Below are positions 14,325 through 28,914 of a stretch of DNA of 64,000 bases, piece after piece. Under the pieces are notes generated by a model. That model did not search any database. It saw only the letters and a list, made by a program, of their open reading frames with translations, and had not been told where the DNA came from. The DNA comes from Octopus sinensis (taxonomy: Eukaryota): positions 11,532,001-11,596,000 of the forward strand of contig NC_043009.1 of the NCBI RefSeq assembly GCF_006345805.1, given 5' to 3'. Position numbers and translations under genes: made by a program. Every line of letters starts with the position of its first letter. The first letter of the stretch is position 1.

Positions 14325-14700
14325 GAGTCGCAATGGTCCAGTGGTTAGGACAGCGGACTCGCGGTCATAGGATCGCGGTTTCAATTCCCAGACCGGACGT
14401 TGTGAGTGTTTATTGATCGAAAACACCTAAAAGCTCCACGAAGCTCCCCAGGGGATGGTGGTGATCCCTGCTGTACTCTTTCACCACAACTTTCTCTCAC
14501 TCTTACTTCCTGTTTCTGTTGTACCTGTATTTCAAGGGGCCGGCCTTGTCACTCTCTGTGTCACGCTGAATATCCCCGAGAACTACGTTAAGGGTGCACG
14601 TGTCTGTGGAGTGCTCAGCCACTTACACGTTAATTTCACGAACAGGCTGTTCCGTAGATCGGATCAACCGGAACCCTCATCGTCGTAACCGACGGAGTGC
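14325..14700 (+). mobile_element. tRNA-derived SINE family D
   Basis: gtcgcaatggtccagtggttagg head; tail ...cgtaaccgacggagtgc. Confidence 0.8.
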
Positions 14701-14883
14701 TTTTTTTTTACCATAAAAGAACCAAATTATAACGGACAAAACAATTAAGTAAAGAAAATCTATAACTGTAATAAATTGTTCCTATATATCTCTAATAATA
14801 TTGCAAATGCATTTAAGTCGAAAACGATCACTAGCCATTTTAATAATATACAATAATAACAAAATATAAATAAACAATAGGTG

Positions 14884-15290
14884 TAGGAGTGGCTGTGTGA
14901 TAAGTAGTTTGCTTACGAACTACATGGCTCCGATTTAAGTCCTACTGCGTGGCAACTTAGGCAAGTGTCTTCTACTATAGCTTCGGGCCGACCAAAGCCT
15001 TGTGAGTAGATTTGGTAGACGGAAACTGAAAGAAGCCCGTCGTATATATGTATATATATATATATATGTGTGTATGTGTTTATGTGTCTGTCTTTGTCCC
15101 CACAACATCGCTTGACAACCGATGCTGGTGTGTTTACGTCCCCGCAAGTTAGAGGTTCGGCAAAAGAGCCCGATAGAATAAGTATTAGGCTTACAAAGAA
15201 TAAGTCCTGAGGCTCGAATTGCTCGACTAAAGGCGGTGCTCCAGCATGGCCACAGTCAAATGACTGAAACAAGTAAAAGAGTAAAAAAAA
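14884..15290 (+). mobile_element. SINE family A
   Basis: ggagtggctgtgtgataag...tgactgaaacaagtaaaagag. Confidence 0.85.
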
Positions 15291-15369
15291 TAGTAAAATA
15301 GAGTATTACTTAGTTTTAGATACGATCTTGTAAGTCAATATTTATTCTATAAATATACCTAGGTATGTT

Positions 15370-16072
15370 CATGCTGGTGTTATGACTAGGGTGCCATATA
15401 TTTAGAGAATGCTTAAGAAACCATAAGAAAATTGTGTTTATTTTAAAACTTGAGATTTGATAGAAAGTATTTTACATAGGATATAGGCAGTTCCAATGGG
15501 CACTATCTTTTGAAATTCTGCCCTTTTGGGGTTTCCTGGTATCTGAGCTAGGTAGCAATCAGCCTCTTTTTGCTATCATTCCCAGGGCACCTATGGCAAC
15601 AGGTATTGTTTTAGTCTTCAGGTTACACATTTTATTAATTTCTATTTCAAGATCTTTATATTTGCTCAGCTTTTGGTAGGTTTTGATAGATACGTTTATA
15701 TCGATTGGGACAGTCATATCAATGGGCAGAGATAATTTTTGCATATATCTTTCTGTCAGTTTGAATGGTGAAGTTCCAGCTGAGTGAGATGTGATCATTT
15801 TCAAACACTGGAGGTGGTTTGCGTTCCCACCATTTTTTATCATGGGACAAGTCCTGGTTTTTGCAAATTACCCTGTGAATATATTGCGCAGCTCTATCAT
15901 ACCTGTTGAGATACTCTGAAGGCGCAAGAAAACTGCACTTGGAGACAACATGATCAATGGTTTCATTTTGTTGTTGACATACACGACATGTTGGGCTACT
16001 GCCATTCTTTAATATGTTGGCCTGGTAGTTCCTTGTAGGTAGGCATTGATCTTAGGCTGCTATGATAAACTC
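15370..16072 (-). mobile_element. Second 3' fragment of the same R4/Dong-like family
   Basis: Closely similar to 3030-3750; IDMTVPIDINVSIKTYQKLSKYKDLEIEI...IPVAIGALG. Confidence 0.85.
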
Positions 16073-18024
16073 TTCAGATTATGGTAGGCTGCATAATCAG
16101 GTGACTAGATTTAACCAATGAGATCCTACTTTATTAGTACCCATGAACTTCACATATTCTGCCTTCATTTGCATGTCTTCTGAAGGGTGATGTAAACCCG
16201 ACAGTATATAAATTTAGAATATATGTGGAACTTCTGTGAAAGACTTGGTATCACCCCTACCAAACAAATGTAGAAATATGCTTAAAGGAATTAGAGAAAT
16301 TGAAAAAGCAACTTATGCCTACTTCTGTTCGTATATTGCATTTTTTTCATTCCTTTTCTTTACTAAACGCTGTTGATTTTTTAAAAAGTACTATTAATAT
16401 TCTTGTTTCCATAGTCTCCGTGTGAGGCGGCAATGACTTTGCTGGTGAGTAATTTCTTTATAGAAGCTATTTATTATTTTTCTCAGTTCTCAAAGTTAAT
16501 GGGATCTAAATCCAGACAATTATGTTATAGAATTACCTTTTTGCTTTCTTTCTTTGTTTTAATTTTCTGCTGTTTAATTATTATTTGCTTTCAGTTTTCG
16601 ATATCTTCTTTGAAAATCAATATTTATATAATTCTTTCAACGGTGGATAGCATCACCAGTGGAACACCAGACAAAATGTTTTGTGATATTTATCACAGCC
16701 ACTTACTTTTTTCTTTTTAAATTCAAACCATGCCGAGGTCAATGTTTCAATTCACCTCTTCTGTTGTTGATAAAATAGATATCAGTGAAACACTATGATC
16801 GATCAAATCAGCACACCCTTTCGTTAAAATTAAGCATGTTGTGGATGAGTTAAAAATCAATATTCAAATAATTAACAGTCAAACAAATGTATTTTTACTG
16901 TTTCTGTATTTTTGATTTCTTCCTAGATAACAACAGATAATTGCAAAGCCTTTATATTTTATCTGTTAAGATGAAATAGTGCCTGTGGTGATATTGTTTT
17001 CATGGATGTGCGTATATTTTTCTGGGTTTTGTGTCTATTATTATTTATTTGATTGAAACCACGTCGTGTTACTTTGTTTTATATATATAGTGAAGAGGAA
17101 GGTTATACACTTAAAGTACTAAGCAAAAAGATTTTAATTAAAAATACGTTTGTGTGAAGAGAAATAAAGGATTAAACTTAATGAAAATTCTTACTATGAA
17201 ATGCAAGAGATACAACTCTGAAATCCAAATTATTTAAGCATTAAATGGTGAAATCAACGGGATGGATGTTTGGTCTTTTAGTAAATGCATTAACAACGCG
17301 TGACATGTTCCATTATTATCGGGCTTCCTCAGCGAAGCTGACTCTCACCCTATTTACTCTCAGCTCCTTTCAATGACCTGAGAGAGTGAAAGAATTTTGA
17401 TGACAGTCATTCATTTGGTAACTTACTATGATGATTGGGGAATATTTCCTTAAGATGCTTTCTGCATATAAAAATCATAGTACCAGGTAGCCTACAAAGA
17501 GTAGCGCTCGTTGGTTGGCGTAAGGAGTAAGTTTCGATTTCATAATACGAGTCATTAAGTGGGGTTACAATCGAAATTAAGTGGACAGAAATCATGCTAA
17601 TTATGGCTTAATCAGAGAATGGACGAAAGAATCCGTGGAACTTTTGTAGAATCTTCAAAGTTGATGGAATGAAGAAAGACTTCGTGGCTTACTGTTTAAC
17701 TGTTTGCAACAGAGTAGGCTTCGCTCATAACACACAAGAGCCTAGAAGTGGCATTAAACGAGAAACGGTCTGGAAGTGGTGTTATCACACAAAAGAAATA
17801 TATGAGTAAAATATCCTTTCTTTGAAATTTCCGTAATGTATTTCGAGATGTAGATTTGAAAACAACATATTATTTTTCACATTTAAATGATTTTTAAAAA
17901 CCTCTCTATTTGGGTGTAAGTTTATTACAACTGAAAGAAATTTCGAGCAACAAACATTTTTAGTTACTAAACTAAAACCAGCGAGTGATACCTATTATTA
18001 ATTTCTTTCATATTCTCATTCACT

Positions 18025-19285
18025 CAATATTCTTGAGGACATTACCGAAAGCACTGATCGCAGATCCTGGGTGGATGTTGTTTACCTGGACTTTGCTAAG
18101 GCTTTTAACTCTGTTGAGCGTAAGAGACGATCTCTATAACTGGTTGAAGTCCTTTATTTTCGGCCGATAATAGGTTGTCACAGTTCTAGGACAGCACTCT
18201 TCACCCTATGTGATGACATCTGGTGTACCACAGGGATCTGTTCTTGGCCCCCTTTTATTTGTTGCATATGTTAATGACATAGATGACAACTTAAAGAATG
18301 CCACAGTGTTGAAATATGCAGATGACATCAAGCTGTACCTCGAAATAAAGAGGTCAGATCCTGTACACTATAGATCTCTATTGCAATCAGACCTGGACAC
18401 AATGCAGCAGTAGATCATGGACTGGCAACTCAAGCTGGCTGTAGACAAATGTACCACCATGCATTTTGGGAGGAAAAACCCAGTGTCTACCCACTCCCTC
18501 CTCACCACTAATCTCAAAAAGTCTTCTTGTGAACGTGACCTGGGTGTTATTGTCGACAGCTATTTGAGTTGGACAAAACACATTGCTAAAATTGCCAAGA
18601 AAGCTGAGGGTGTCTTGGCATCACTCACCAAGTCCTTTGTGAGCCGCTCTCCGGCTATCTATCTGCGGCTTTATATAGCTATGGTAAGACCTCACCTGGA
18701 ATTTGCATCACCGGTCTGGAACCCCTATCTTGCCCAGGATATTAATCGTCTGGAAGCCGTTCAGCGACGTGCAACCAAAAGAATACCCTCCATCAGACAT
18801 TTGCCATATTCTGAACGCCTTACTTCCCTGGGCATGGACACATTGAAACTCCGACGTCTGGTAGCTAACTTGGCAGACACCCATAAAATTATTAAACATC
18901 TTACAAACAATAACTCTGAGCACCTTTTCAAACTCCACCCGTCTAACACCCGTGGACATATTTACAAAGTCAGAAAACTGCACAGCTCCCATGACTTTAG
19001 GAAACATTTTTTCACGCTGAGAGTTGCTGAAGCATGGAACAAACTGCTGGCATCAGTTGTTAGTTGTCGGAGCACTGCATCCTTCAAAACTTCCATGCTT
19101 CCTGAGATTCGCCAACACTACACCTGATTTTCTCCCTTCCATACACACACAAGCATGTATCTGACTCATACATTGTTCGCTTTCCAGACATTCGTACATT
19201 ACTGCATATACTTTATACGCACTTTCTGACATGTTGTGGTGCACCTGAGCACTGTATACAATAATTTCATTATTATCATTATTAT
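18025..19285 (+). mobile_element. CR1-like LINE 3' fragment (RT with stops, 3' UTR, (ATT)n tail)
   Basis: VDVVYLDFAKAFNSV, SGVPQGSVLGPLLF, KYADDIKLY, PHLEFASPVWNP, LEAVQRRATK; ends in ttattatcattattat. Confidence 0.9.
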
Positions 19286-19994
19286 AAGTCTATCCCATAA
19301 CAGAATCAATATTATCCTCTTACAATAGTTGTAAACACTGTAGAATATAAAAAAATATCACAACGAATGTTTGCTATTGGTCTCGCTTTGTGACCATTTT
19401 ATTTTACTTACCTTGCGTATGAAATTATCAATGCTTATCAATGCTTATGAAATTATCAATGTGTAGAAAACAGAAAAACAAATGCGCAATCGTAACAGCC
19501 ACGCCTGTCTTCGACAGTATTGATCAGGTAAAAAAAAAATTGCTCTAGCAAAGAATCGAAATCCGTTATACATTCAAATCATTGATATCTTTGGTTGATT
19601 GCACTAAGACTTAACGTTAACAGAAAAACGAAATGCGTATTAAAGTCAAAGCTATAATTATATTCATGTTGCTGAATCTGAGAAAATTCCATTCACTACC
19701 TAAACTCATAAAACTGCTTTTATTTTCGGTCATTACATATTAAGCCTACGCATTGGTGACACGGATTAAATAGGATTAGTTATTTCTTCAGCAAACGACC
19801 TCGAGGTGATTTTTAAACCTAAACAACGCGGCTAACATGGAGTTAAAAGATGCCATTTGCCTCAAGATAATACTTCTCTTAGAGGTTTCTGTGCCAAGAC
19901 TAACAAATTGTATTGAAACAATTTCTTTTATGTTTAGTAAACTAATTAAACTTTCGAAAATGTCTGACAGATTCTTATCAGAAAGGCTCCCAGC

Positions 19995-20288
<294 letters not shown>

Positions 20289-21184
20289 CTAATCACAATG
20301 AAGATGTAGAATAAAGATAAGCTTAAGTATACGTATTTGATATTCAGCAGAGTGATCATTACTTTCAACACAAATACATTTGAACTGCACGATGCGACCT
20401 GCAAAGTGGAGACCATCATACCGTGTCGAATTGCTTATAAAATAATGTCTTAACCCTTTTACTGCCGAAAGCCTATATATATCCACTTAAAATTTCGTTA
20501 CCTTTATCGTTTTCGTTAAGGAATGTTATATATAAAACTATTTTCTGTTGTGGTATGTCAAGTTTATTGAGACTACGTGACTTGCAGAAAATACCAGCTC
20601 TACTTTTTGGTTGATGTTTAATATCATTACTAATATAACTGTGAAATTTAATTTCGCAGTCAAAGAATTAAGCACAAATTTGGTTCAATTCTAAGAAAAC
20701 AGGAGATATGGTTTTGAACACAGTGTCCAAAAATTTGCGAAAATTAAGAATATGATTGGTAGAATTGTCGAAGGATAACCATGAAAGCTAAAAGCAATTT
20801 TCAGTAATATTTTTAGCAAATTTTAAATAAATACAATCATTCAGATACCTGTATTTTTTATGTTCTATCACAAGTGTGAATTTGCAATATTGATATAACA
20901 GAATCGACTTCCAGGAACAAAAGACAAAGAATCTTATGATCAAATATGTGTGTAGGTGTAAAGTGATGTGATTTTAACCGAATTTGAGTGAAAAGTAGGT
21001 AAAATGGTAATAATTACAATCCGCTTCTGGTGAGGAATATTATTATTATTATTATCTTTTGTGCTGATGATAATATTAGAAAAAACCTGTCTACCTATGT
21101 ACATACATACACACATACATAAGAAATGAGAAAATGAGAAATACACGCGTATAAGTATATGTATATATATATATATATACATAT

Positions 21185-21237
<53 letters not shown>

Positions 21238-21334
21238 TATACATATATATACATATATATACACTCACACATATACACACACACGTTTTGATGTTTATGA
21301 CATGAATGTATACATACATGCATGCATACATACA

Positions 21335-21365
<31 letters not shown>

Positions 21366-21383
21366 TTACATGTCTATGTACGA

Positions 21384-21690
21384 AGGCGCGTAGCTTAGTG
21401 GTTAGGGTATTCAGCTCCCGATCTTAAGGTCGTGAGTTCAATTCCCCAGCGATGCGTTGTGTCCTTGAGCAAGATATTTTATTTCAAGTTCCTCCAGTCC
21501 TCTCAGCTGGCAAAAAGGAGTAGCACTTATATTTAAAAGGGCCAGCCTTGTCCCGCTGAATCTCCCTGAGAATGATGTTAAGGGTACATGTTTGTGGAGT
21601 GTTCAGCCACTTGCACGTTAATCTCACGCTCAGGCTGTTCTGTTGTTCGGATCAACTGGAACCCTCATGGTCGTAACCGACGGAATGCCA
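21384..21690 (+). mobile_element. Chimeric SINE (family C head, family D tail)
   Basis: First half matches 7520/51021; second half matches 14530-14700. Confidence 0.7.
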
Positions 21691-21738
21691 TTTTATACAC
21701 ATATATATATATGTATATATATATGTGTGTATGTGTGT

Positions 21739-21775
<37 letters not shown>

Positions 21776-21908
21776 TGTATGTGTGTGTGTATGTGTGTGT
21801 GAGAGTGTGTGTATATATATATATATATATATACACACCATGATAGATCGTCATGATAGATCTTTAGTCACTACACACATTTTTTCTCTCCTTGTTTTTT
21901 CTGTATCC

Positions 21909-21944
21909 CTCTCTGTAGAAGAGCGTTGGCTCGAAACGTAAAAG
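21909..21944 (+). ncRNA. Minimal hammerhead-like variant (CTGTAGA-A core)
   Basis: CTCT CTGTAGA A GAGC gttg GCTC GAAAC GTA AAAG. Same family as 58703-58738. Confidence 0.4.
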
Positions 21945-22014
21945 AATTTTTCTATTCCTGAGCGTTTTCTACACTATCTGTCTTCGTCTTTTGTTTTTTT
22001 TTCGTAAACTCTCC

Positions 22015-22074
<60 letters not shown>

Positions 22075-22924
22075 GCTTGTACTTCTCATTTTCCTTTTAC
22101 ATAATTCGCAGAACAACAGAACTCTATTGCATTTAAAACCCAAAAAATGTGTATTAGATAGAGGATGGAAGGGAGGATTAAATTTAATTTTAGTTGATTT
22201 AACTTAGTTCTTATATCATGAGAGGGCATGCAGTTGATACTTACTCTTAGCAAAACGTCTGACCGCACCAGTAACTCCATCACTGGACATTTGAGTGAAA
22301 AAATCTACTTATTTAAGCAAATCTTTGATCTAATAAGTCCTCGACCGAACGACCAAATGGAATTATATTCTTTAGAAACAACACCGAAGCGTTAATTTAT
22401 CGATTTTACTTGTACACTAAACTAAAATAACAATTTTTGAAGTAAAATTATTTATGTAGTTTAACTACTTTGAGTTGTTTACTCGCTTGTTTCAAATAAA
22501 TATTAGATTACACTTTTTCTTGAACATTTTGAGAAACCAATACTTGACTCTGTTGATTGTCATGGACTATTTTCAGCTTGATTATAATTTTAAAATTCGA
22601 TATTTCCTTCAAAACATGAGATTCAGCAACGTGTATTATATTTTCTCGATATACGCACTGCAGTGTGAAAGTTTGTATGATCGTCTCACGTTACGGCAAT
22701 AAAATTAGAACGGTGAATTGATACCTGTAACGAGTTTAGAGCCTAATCTAGGTTGTTAGTATTTTACAAAGCAAATAATGTACATGGAGATATGAATAAT
22801 GCATCTTCACACATCATTTTCGGATCCAAAATTAAACATTTTCAATTATAACAATGTTAACTTTTCGGTTTTGAATTTGGTTTGCAAGATTCTTTATATG
22901 AGTTCATGTGTTGAAGCATCTTCT

Positions 22925-23193
22925 GTTGTGTCTGGGGAGAGTCATTTTCTTTTTGTGCCTTATTATTTAATACACTCACCGGTAAAATTTCCACTTATTT
23001 CTTATTTCTATTGTCCTAAAATTTTCGTTGCGTCTTGCAACCTTTTCAAAACTATTGAAAAGGTTGGAAGACGCAACGAAAATTTTAGGACAATAGAAAA
23101 TAAAAATAAAAAATAAGAAAAAGGGGGAAATTTTACCGGTGAGTGTGTTAAATAATAAGGCACAAAAAGAAAATGACTCTCCCCTGACACAAC
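22925..23193. repeat. Near-perfect foldback palindrome (arms of roughly 125-140 bp, 5-nt loop)
   Basis: gttgtgtctggggagagtc...ccttttcaa AACTA ttgaaaagg...gactctcccctgacacaac. Confidence 0.9.
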
Positions 23194-23599
23194 TAGATAT
23201 TAATGTTTTCCATCTTCGAACAGAACACGTTCTGCTTACCAATTAGTCAAATATATTTCACTGTAGTTTTTATAAACTTAAAACAACTGAATAAGAGTCC
23301 TTCGAGTAAATAGAGGATTCTAGAGAGAAGCAACTACTTAAGGAATGACTGAACGAAGTATATGATATGCAGAGAGATACATTAAGGATGATAAGATATC
23401 AAATGGCGTGTGCTTGGGAGGCTCCGTCAGCTAGTGTTGTTATGAAAGTTGCTATTTCAGAAAACCGTTGGAGAAGCAACTTATGACACAGTGGAGAAAT
23501 AGTGCTGCCTTCCAAGTATACATCAATTCGTATCTTTTCATCCTTAACGTATCTTATTCTCTGTATTAAATACTTCGCTCAGAGTTGTAAATTATCTGT

Positions 23600-23830
23600 T
23601 TCTTTATTGCCCACAAGGGGCTAAACATAGAGGAGAAAAACAAGGACAGACAAACGGATTAAGTCGATTACATAGACCCCAGTGCGTAACTGGTACTTAA
23701 TTTATCGACCCCGAAAGGACGAAAAGCAAAGTCGACCTCGGCGGAATTTGAACTCAGAACGTAACGGCAGACGAAATACGGCTACGCATTTCGCCCGGTG
23801 TGCTAATGGTTCAGCCAGCTCGCCGCCTTT
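23600..23830 (-). mobile_element. SINE family B
   Basis: Reverse complement of the family B consensus. Confidence 0.85.
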
Positions 23831-23984
23831 CAGAGTTGTAAATTATCTTTAATCGGTAGCTGATATGTTATGTTTGCTTTTCTTTTCTTTGCAGAACAGT
23901 AATACTATCCCTGATATGGAGCAATGCTAACAATAATGTAGTGTCCGTTTCGACTTTATAGAAAGTCAACAACTGGTCAGGACG

Positions 23985-24044
<60 letters not shown>

Positions 24045-24965
24045 TACCTTGGGATGGAAGCCTTCAAGATGCCTTTCTAACAATGTTAAATGTGTAAATT
24101 TTCTATAAAACATAACCAGAGATTATGAGCTGGTGTATTTGTAGGACTTTAAATATACATTGTTTCAGCGTATGACGGGGGTGTTTGACTAACATGCGTA
24201 TCGGTTGTAAATTTGCGACTTTGAGAGAGATTAGAGGATTATATTCCGATTACCGGATATTTTTTTAGATTTATCTCAGCAAAATCGGTTTGTATCTGGT
24301 TAAGCGCTTCTAGGTTGCATAATCTACAAAAGAATTTGTGATTCTAAGAGAGACTGTGGCCATGCTCTAATTACAGGATTTGTTTTTTCTTTTCTTGATT
24401 TTTTTTGTTCTTAGAATCGGTGTGCGCCTGACAGTGAGTGTCTAGATTGCACGAATAGTGATACTGTTTGATTTTGCTTCAATGCGCACGTTTATCCTTA
24501 TCTCATCATCTTTACTGTGACATAGGAATGTTTGCATTAGAGAGCTTAATGGAATATATGTCAAAAACATTTGTGTTAGAGTACAATGTAACGAAGCTGT
24601 TTGACAAACAAAACGTGAACAGTAATCTGAAGATGTCAGTTATCTTTCGTTGTCAAAAGTATGCATCGCAAAAGAGGACATTTCTGGTAGATTTAGTTCA
24701 AGAAGAACTGCATTGATTATCGCTAAGATTGAGAAAACTGAAGGCCAGAAAGGACATGGTTGTTTATGATTGTGTTTAGCTTCTATTTCTCTTTGAAATG
24801 TCGGAAGTAAATATATCGCAGATTGGTAAGGTATCTCAGGATGCACATCCTGAGATTAGAGAACAACATCAATGGTTTCCAGAGATTGATTTTTGTAAAG
24901 AAATATAGGAGAGCGGGGAGCTGGTTTTGCACTGCATCGCTTAAAGTGAATGGAAATGATAAATA

Positions 24966-25190
24966 ATACCTATTTCTTTACGACCCACAAGGGGCTAAAT
25001 ACAGAGAGGACAAACAAGGAGAGACAAACGGATTAAGTCGATTATACCGACCCCAATGCGTAACTGGTACTTATTTAATCGACCCCGAAAGGATGAAACG
25101 TAAAGTCGACCCCGGCGTAATTTGAATTCAGAACGTAGCAGCAGACGAAATACAGCTAAGCATTTAGCCCGGCGTGCTAACGTTCCTCCC
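24966..25190 (-). mobile_element. SINE family B
   Basis: Reverse complement of the family B consensus. Confidence 0.8.
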
Positions 25191-25553
25191 ATCTCGCACT
25201 AGAACCAGTTTTGTTATTTTAATTAAATAGAGAAATCATCGTAATTTAATGATGTTAGATCAGGCTCGATCCAGAACGCCTAACATATATACCTTCTAGA
25301 TCTTCTGACTTTCCATTTTTTTGAGAAACAGTGTATCTAATATATATAACATTAACTAATATATATATTGCAGTCGCTAGGTTATGATTTGACTGAGATG
25401 TAGCTGCTGTTTCTAGCGATGAGATCATTAGCGTGAAGGAAAAGATGTTTGGAAACGCTTTCTTGTATGGTTGTGAGCGTTGTGTATGCGCATGTGTGTG
25501 TATGCGCATGCGTGTGTGTGCGTGCATGTGTGCATATGTGTGTGTGTGTGTGT

Positions 25554-25596
<43 letters not shown>

Positions 25597-27526
25597 ATTA
25601 GAGTAGAAAAATAGTTGCTTTATCTGTAGAAGATGTATAAATTATTCAGTATATCAATACCTACCTGATATATGTATAAAAGTGCTGCTTACGACTATGT
25701 CTTTGTTCAAGAGAGCAATGTGAATGCTTTCTTCAAACTTTGGAGATATTCTTATGGCAACTGATCAGAAAGCTCCACTGAAGTTTGGATGACGAAATAG
25801 CTTACAGCTTGGGAAATACACAAAGGCATCATGTAGATAACTGATGATCGTCTTGAAGAGGTTGCTTGCAGATACTAACTTCCTTCAGACGACGTATCTG
25901 CAGGGTCATTCGCCTGTATAGATGACACACAGCTGCGAGAGGAGCACTTAGGACATACGTGAGGAGTTTATAGCTTTGAGGCTGTGTGTGCTTTTGATAT
26001 TATTCCCATAATCCAGACTTGTAGAGGAAATCTGAAATTTGGATTTTAAATAAAAACAACTTTTCTCGATTACATAGCATTATATTTATTGTCTTAAATT
26101 ACCACAAAAATTTCTATAGAAACAAATTTACATTTTTATGTCTCACTCTAATGTTTATAATTATATTTTGCAATAAATGTTGTTACAAATTTTAGTGTAT
26201 TTCATAAAACATTTTCTGTAAAGAAGTTTTATTAGATTACACTTAATTCGATGCGGCCCTCGAATGTAAATGATTCTGCGCTTATATCTTGGGGAATGGG
26301 AGTTGTAAGGTTTAATTAGGCGACAGATGTGGAGAATTTTACATAAAAAGAGGGCATTAGTCAAACGCTTAACTATTTTGATGTATCGAAGAGGAAGTAC
26401 ATTTATTATTAAATGTAATCAAGGCAGCGAGCAGGCGAATTCGTTAGAACGTTGGACAAAATGTTTTGCGGCATTTTGTCTGTCTTTATGTTCTGACTTT
26501 AAACGCTGCCGGGGTCGACTTTGAATTTCTTCCTTTCGAAAAGTGGAGCACTGGGACCAATGTAATCGTCTAATCCTCTCCTCCCAAATTTCATGCTTTG
26601 TGCTTATCATAGAAAAGTGCAATCACTCTAGAACTCTACTCGAATAATTTACAGGATTTTTAAAATATATCATATGAATCGAGTCCATTGGGACTTTGTT
26701 GAGAGTGCTACGTTGATTCAACAAAGATCACGTGTTTTAAACTAAAAAGCTACGTTTGAAGTTTCTGGGTAAGAATAAAATCAGTATTTTTCTAAAATTC
26801 GGTGTATTGGTCTATACAACTATAGACGAACAAATTTTGCTCACTTTTAAATAGTAATTGATTTAAACTCTGTTCCGATATGAAGAAGGGCGTATGTGTT
26901 CGAAGATGGTTTATCTGTTTTTGCTGTTAGCTAAAGTTCACTCTTGATCGAACAATCCTATGAGGAAAGACGTTTCAAGTGTGACAATTTTTAAGATAGC
27001 ATATTTAGGGCCAATTGTCCATTATGCCATTCCCTTATTCAACGGGATATGATTTAAATGAGATTTGGGTGTGTTTTTTAGCAGATCGAGTGTCAATATA
27101 GAACGTTTTAGGTAGTGACTTCAGAGAGGTGAATGAGCTAAGATTGACTACATCATGCTTCTTGCCTCATTTTGCATAGAAATATGTGCAAGAGTTTGTG
27201 GAAACCTCATTAAGGTGAGAGTCCAACTAGAAAAGGCAGCAGAAAATCGCTCCAAGGCATCGTTTCTAAGCCAATGCTGCACATGTTCTCTTAATACAAT
27301 CTACAAGAAGCGTCAAACTTGAAACTCGCTGCAAATTTGTTCTCTGAACGATAAACCAGTTGACAATTGAAATAGTTAAGTTGTTTTTGTCACACTTTAT
27401 TGATTCTCAACAATTCAAGCAAAAATAGAATGTTTGATAAATGAATCTTAGAGCTTATTTCCTTCACAGAGTGATACTAGAGGTAAGAATTGAAATTGTG
27501 ATATAGTTGATGAATCACTATGAATC

Positions 27527-27637
27527 ACTCTCAACTCACGCAGGTAAAGGGAAAAAATAACGAACCCACCCATCTTTTTACATCTCTTTAACCCAGAAAC
27601 GCGTATATAGTTAATCAAAACCGAGTGAGTTGAGAGT
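27527..27637. mobile_element. Small MITE-like element
   Basis: 13-bp TIRs ACTCTCAACTCAC / GTGAGTTGAGAGT. Confidence 0.4.
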
Positions 27638-27771
27638 ATTGCTGTCTGGGAGATATATTATGGTAGTGGAATAGTATTTAACTGCTATTTCTAAATTTCG
27701 GTATGTGGTGAAGAAATTTTTGCTGAACCCTTATTATAATTATGCTTATAATTATAGAATTTATATATATG

Positions 27772-27838
<67 letters not shown>

Positions 27839-28344
27839 ATATGTATATATGTACGTATGTATGTATAAATATATGTATATATATCATTCAACCACGGTAA
27901 TCATTGAATATATTCTTAAGTCCACTATTTCGTCAATCGCAGCAGCTTCCAAGCTTCACCACTAATTCTGTTCTCAACTAAATCGCAAACTCTTAACAGT
28001 TTTAAAGAGGACACCTCCTCAGCTATACTTTGGCATAAATAGTTTGAGATTTGGTTCAGTAGAAAAAAAGTTACATCAAAATATCTGTGACCTCAAGGGT
28101 GGGGGTAGTAAGGCACCTATTCACCTTCAATTAACATAAACTTTTCAATTTTAAAATAAAAGTATACTTTCTTAGGCTTAAATGATAGAAAATGTATGAG
28201 GAATTCAGAGTAGTTAGTGGCATTCAACGAAAATTAGTAGAAGAAAAGTTATAGGATGAAATGCCACGGAATCTCGTTTCAGTAAGTAAGAGAGTAAGGA
28301 AGTAACGTTTAGTAATAAAAATAAAGAATATATTGCTAAAATGA

Positions 28345-28565
28345 ATGTTTACGTCCTAATGCGGCGAAATGCTTAGCGGTATTTTGTCTGCCGCTAGGTT
28401 TTGAGTTAAAATTCCGCCGAGGTCGACATTGCCTTTCATCCTTTCGGGGTCGATTAAATAAGTACCAGTTACGCACTCGGCTTGATATAATTGACTTAAT
28501 CCGTTTGTCTGTCCTTGTTTGTCCCCTCAGTGTGTAATCCTTTGTGAGCAATAAAGAAATAAGAA
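28345..28565 (+). mobile_element. SINE family B
   Basis: Family B body and tail. Confidence 0.8.
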
Positions 28566-28794
28566 ACGGTAGCGCGTAAAAAGTTTCTTATTCTTTACTT
28601 TATTTGAAGTAATAGTTTTTCCTATACTTTTACAGGTGAAATAACTTGTCCTGTACTTTTCCCGGTTTATAATAATCTTAAAAATATTAATTTTCATGCT
28701 CCCATTTTTCCATGTAATATATATATATATCTTCTGGGTGCATTCTTGTGATTGCTTAGTCCCGGCTTACTCTTCAACATCAAACATATCTTCT

Positions 28795-28860
28795 TTTAGC
28801 TTCGGGCCGAACAAAGCCTTGTCAGTGGATTTGGTAGACGGAAACTGAAAGGCGCCTGTC

Positions 28861-28914
<54 letters not shown>

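Noticed and set aside
24468-24846. ORFs 24468..24716 and 24640..24846 as a second gene
   Set aside because: No recognisable domain and no consistent splice structure.
26875-26920. ATGAAGA-GGGC/GTTC-GAAG motif
   Set aside because: Too many core deviations; compatible with chance.
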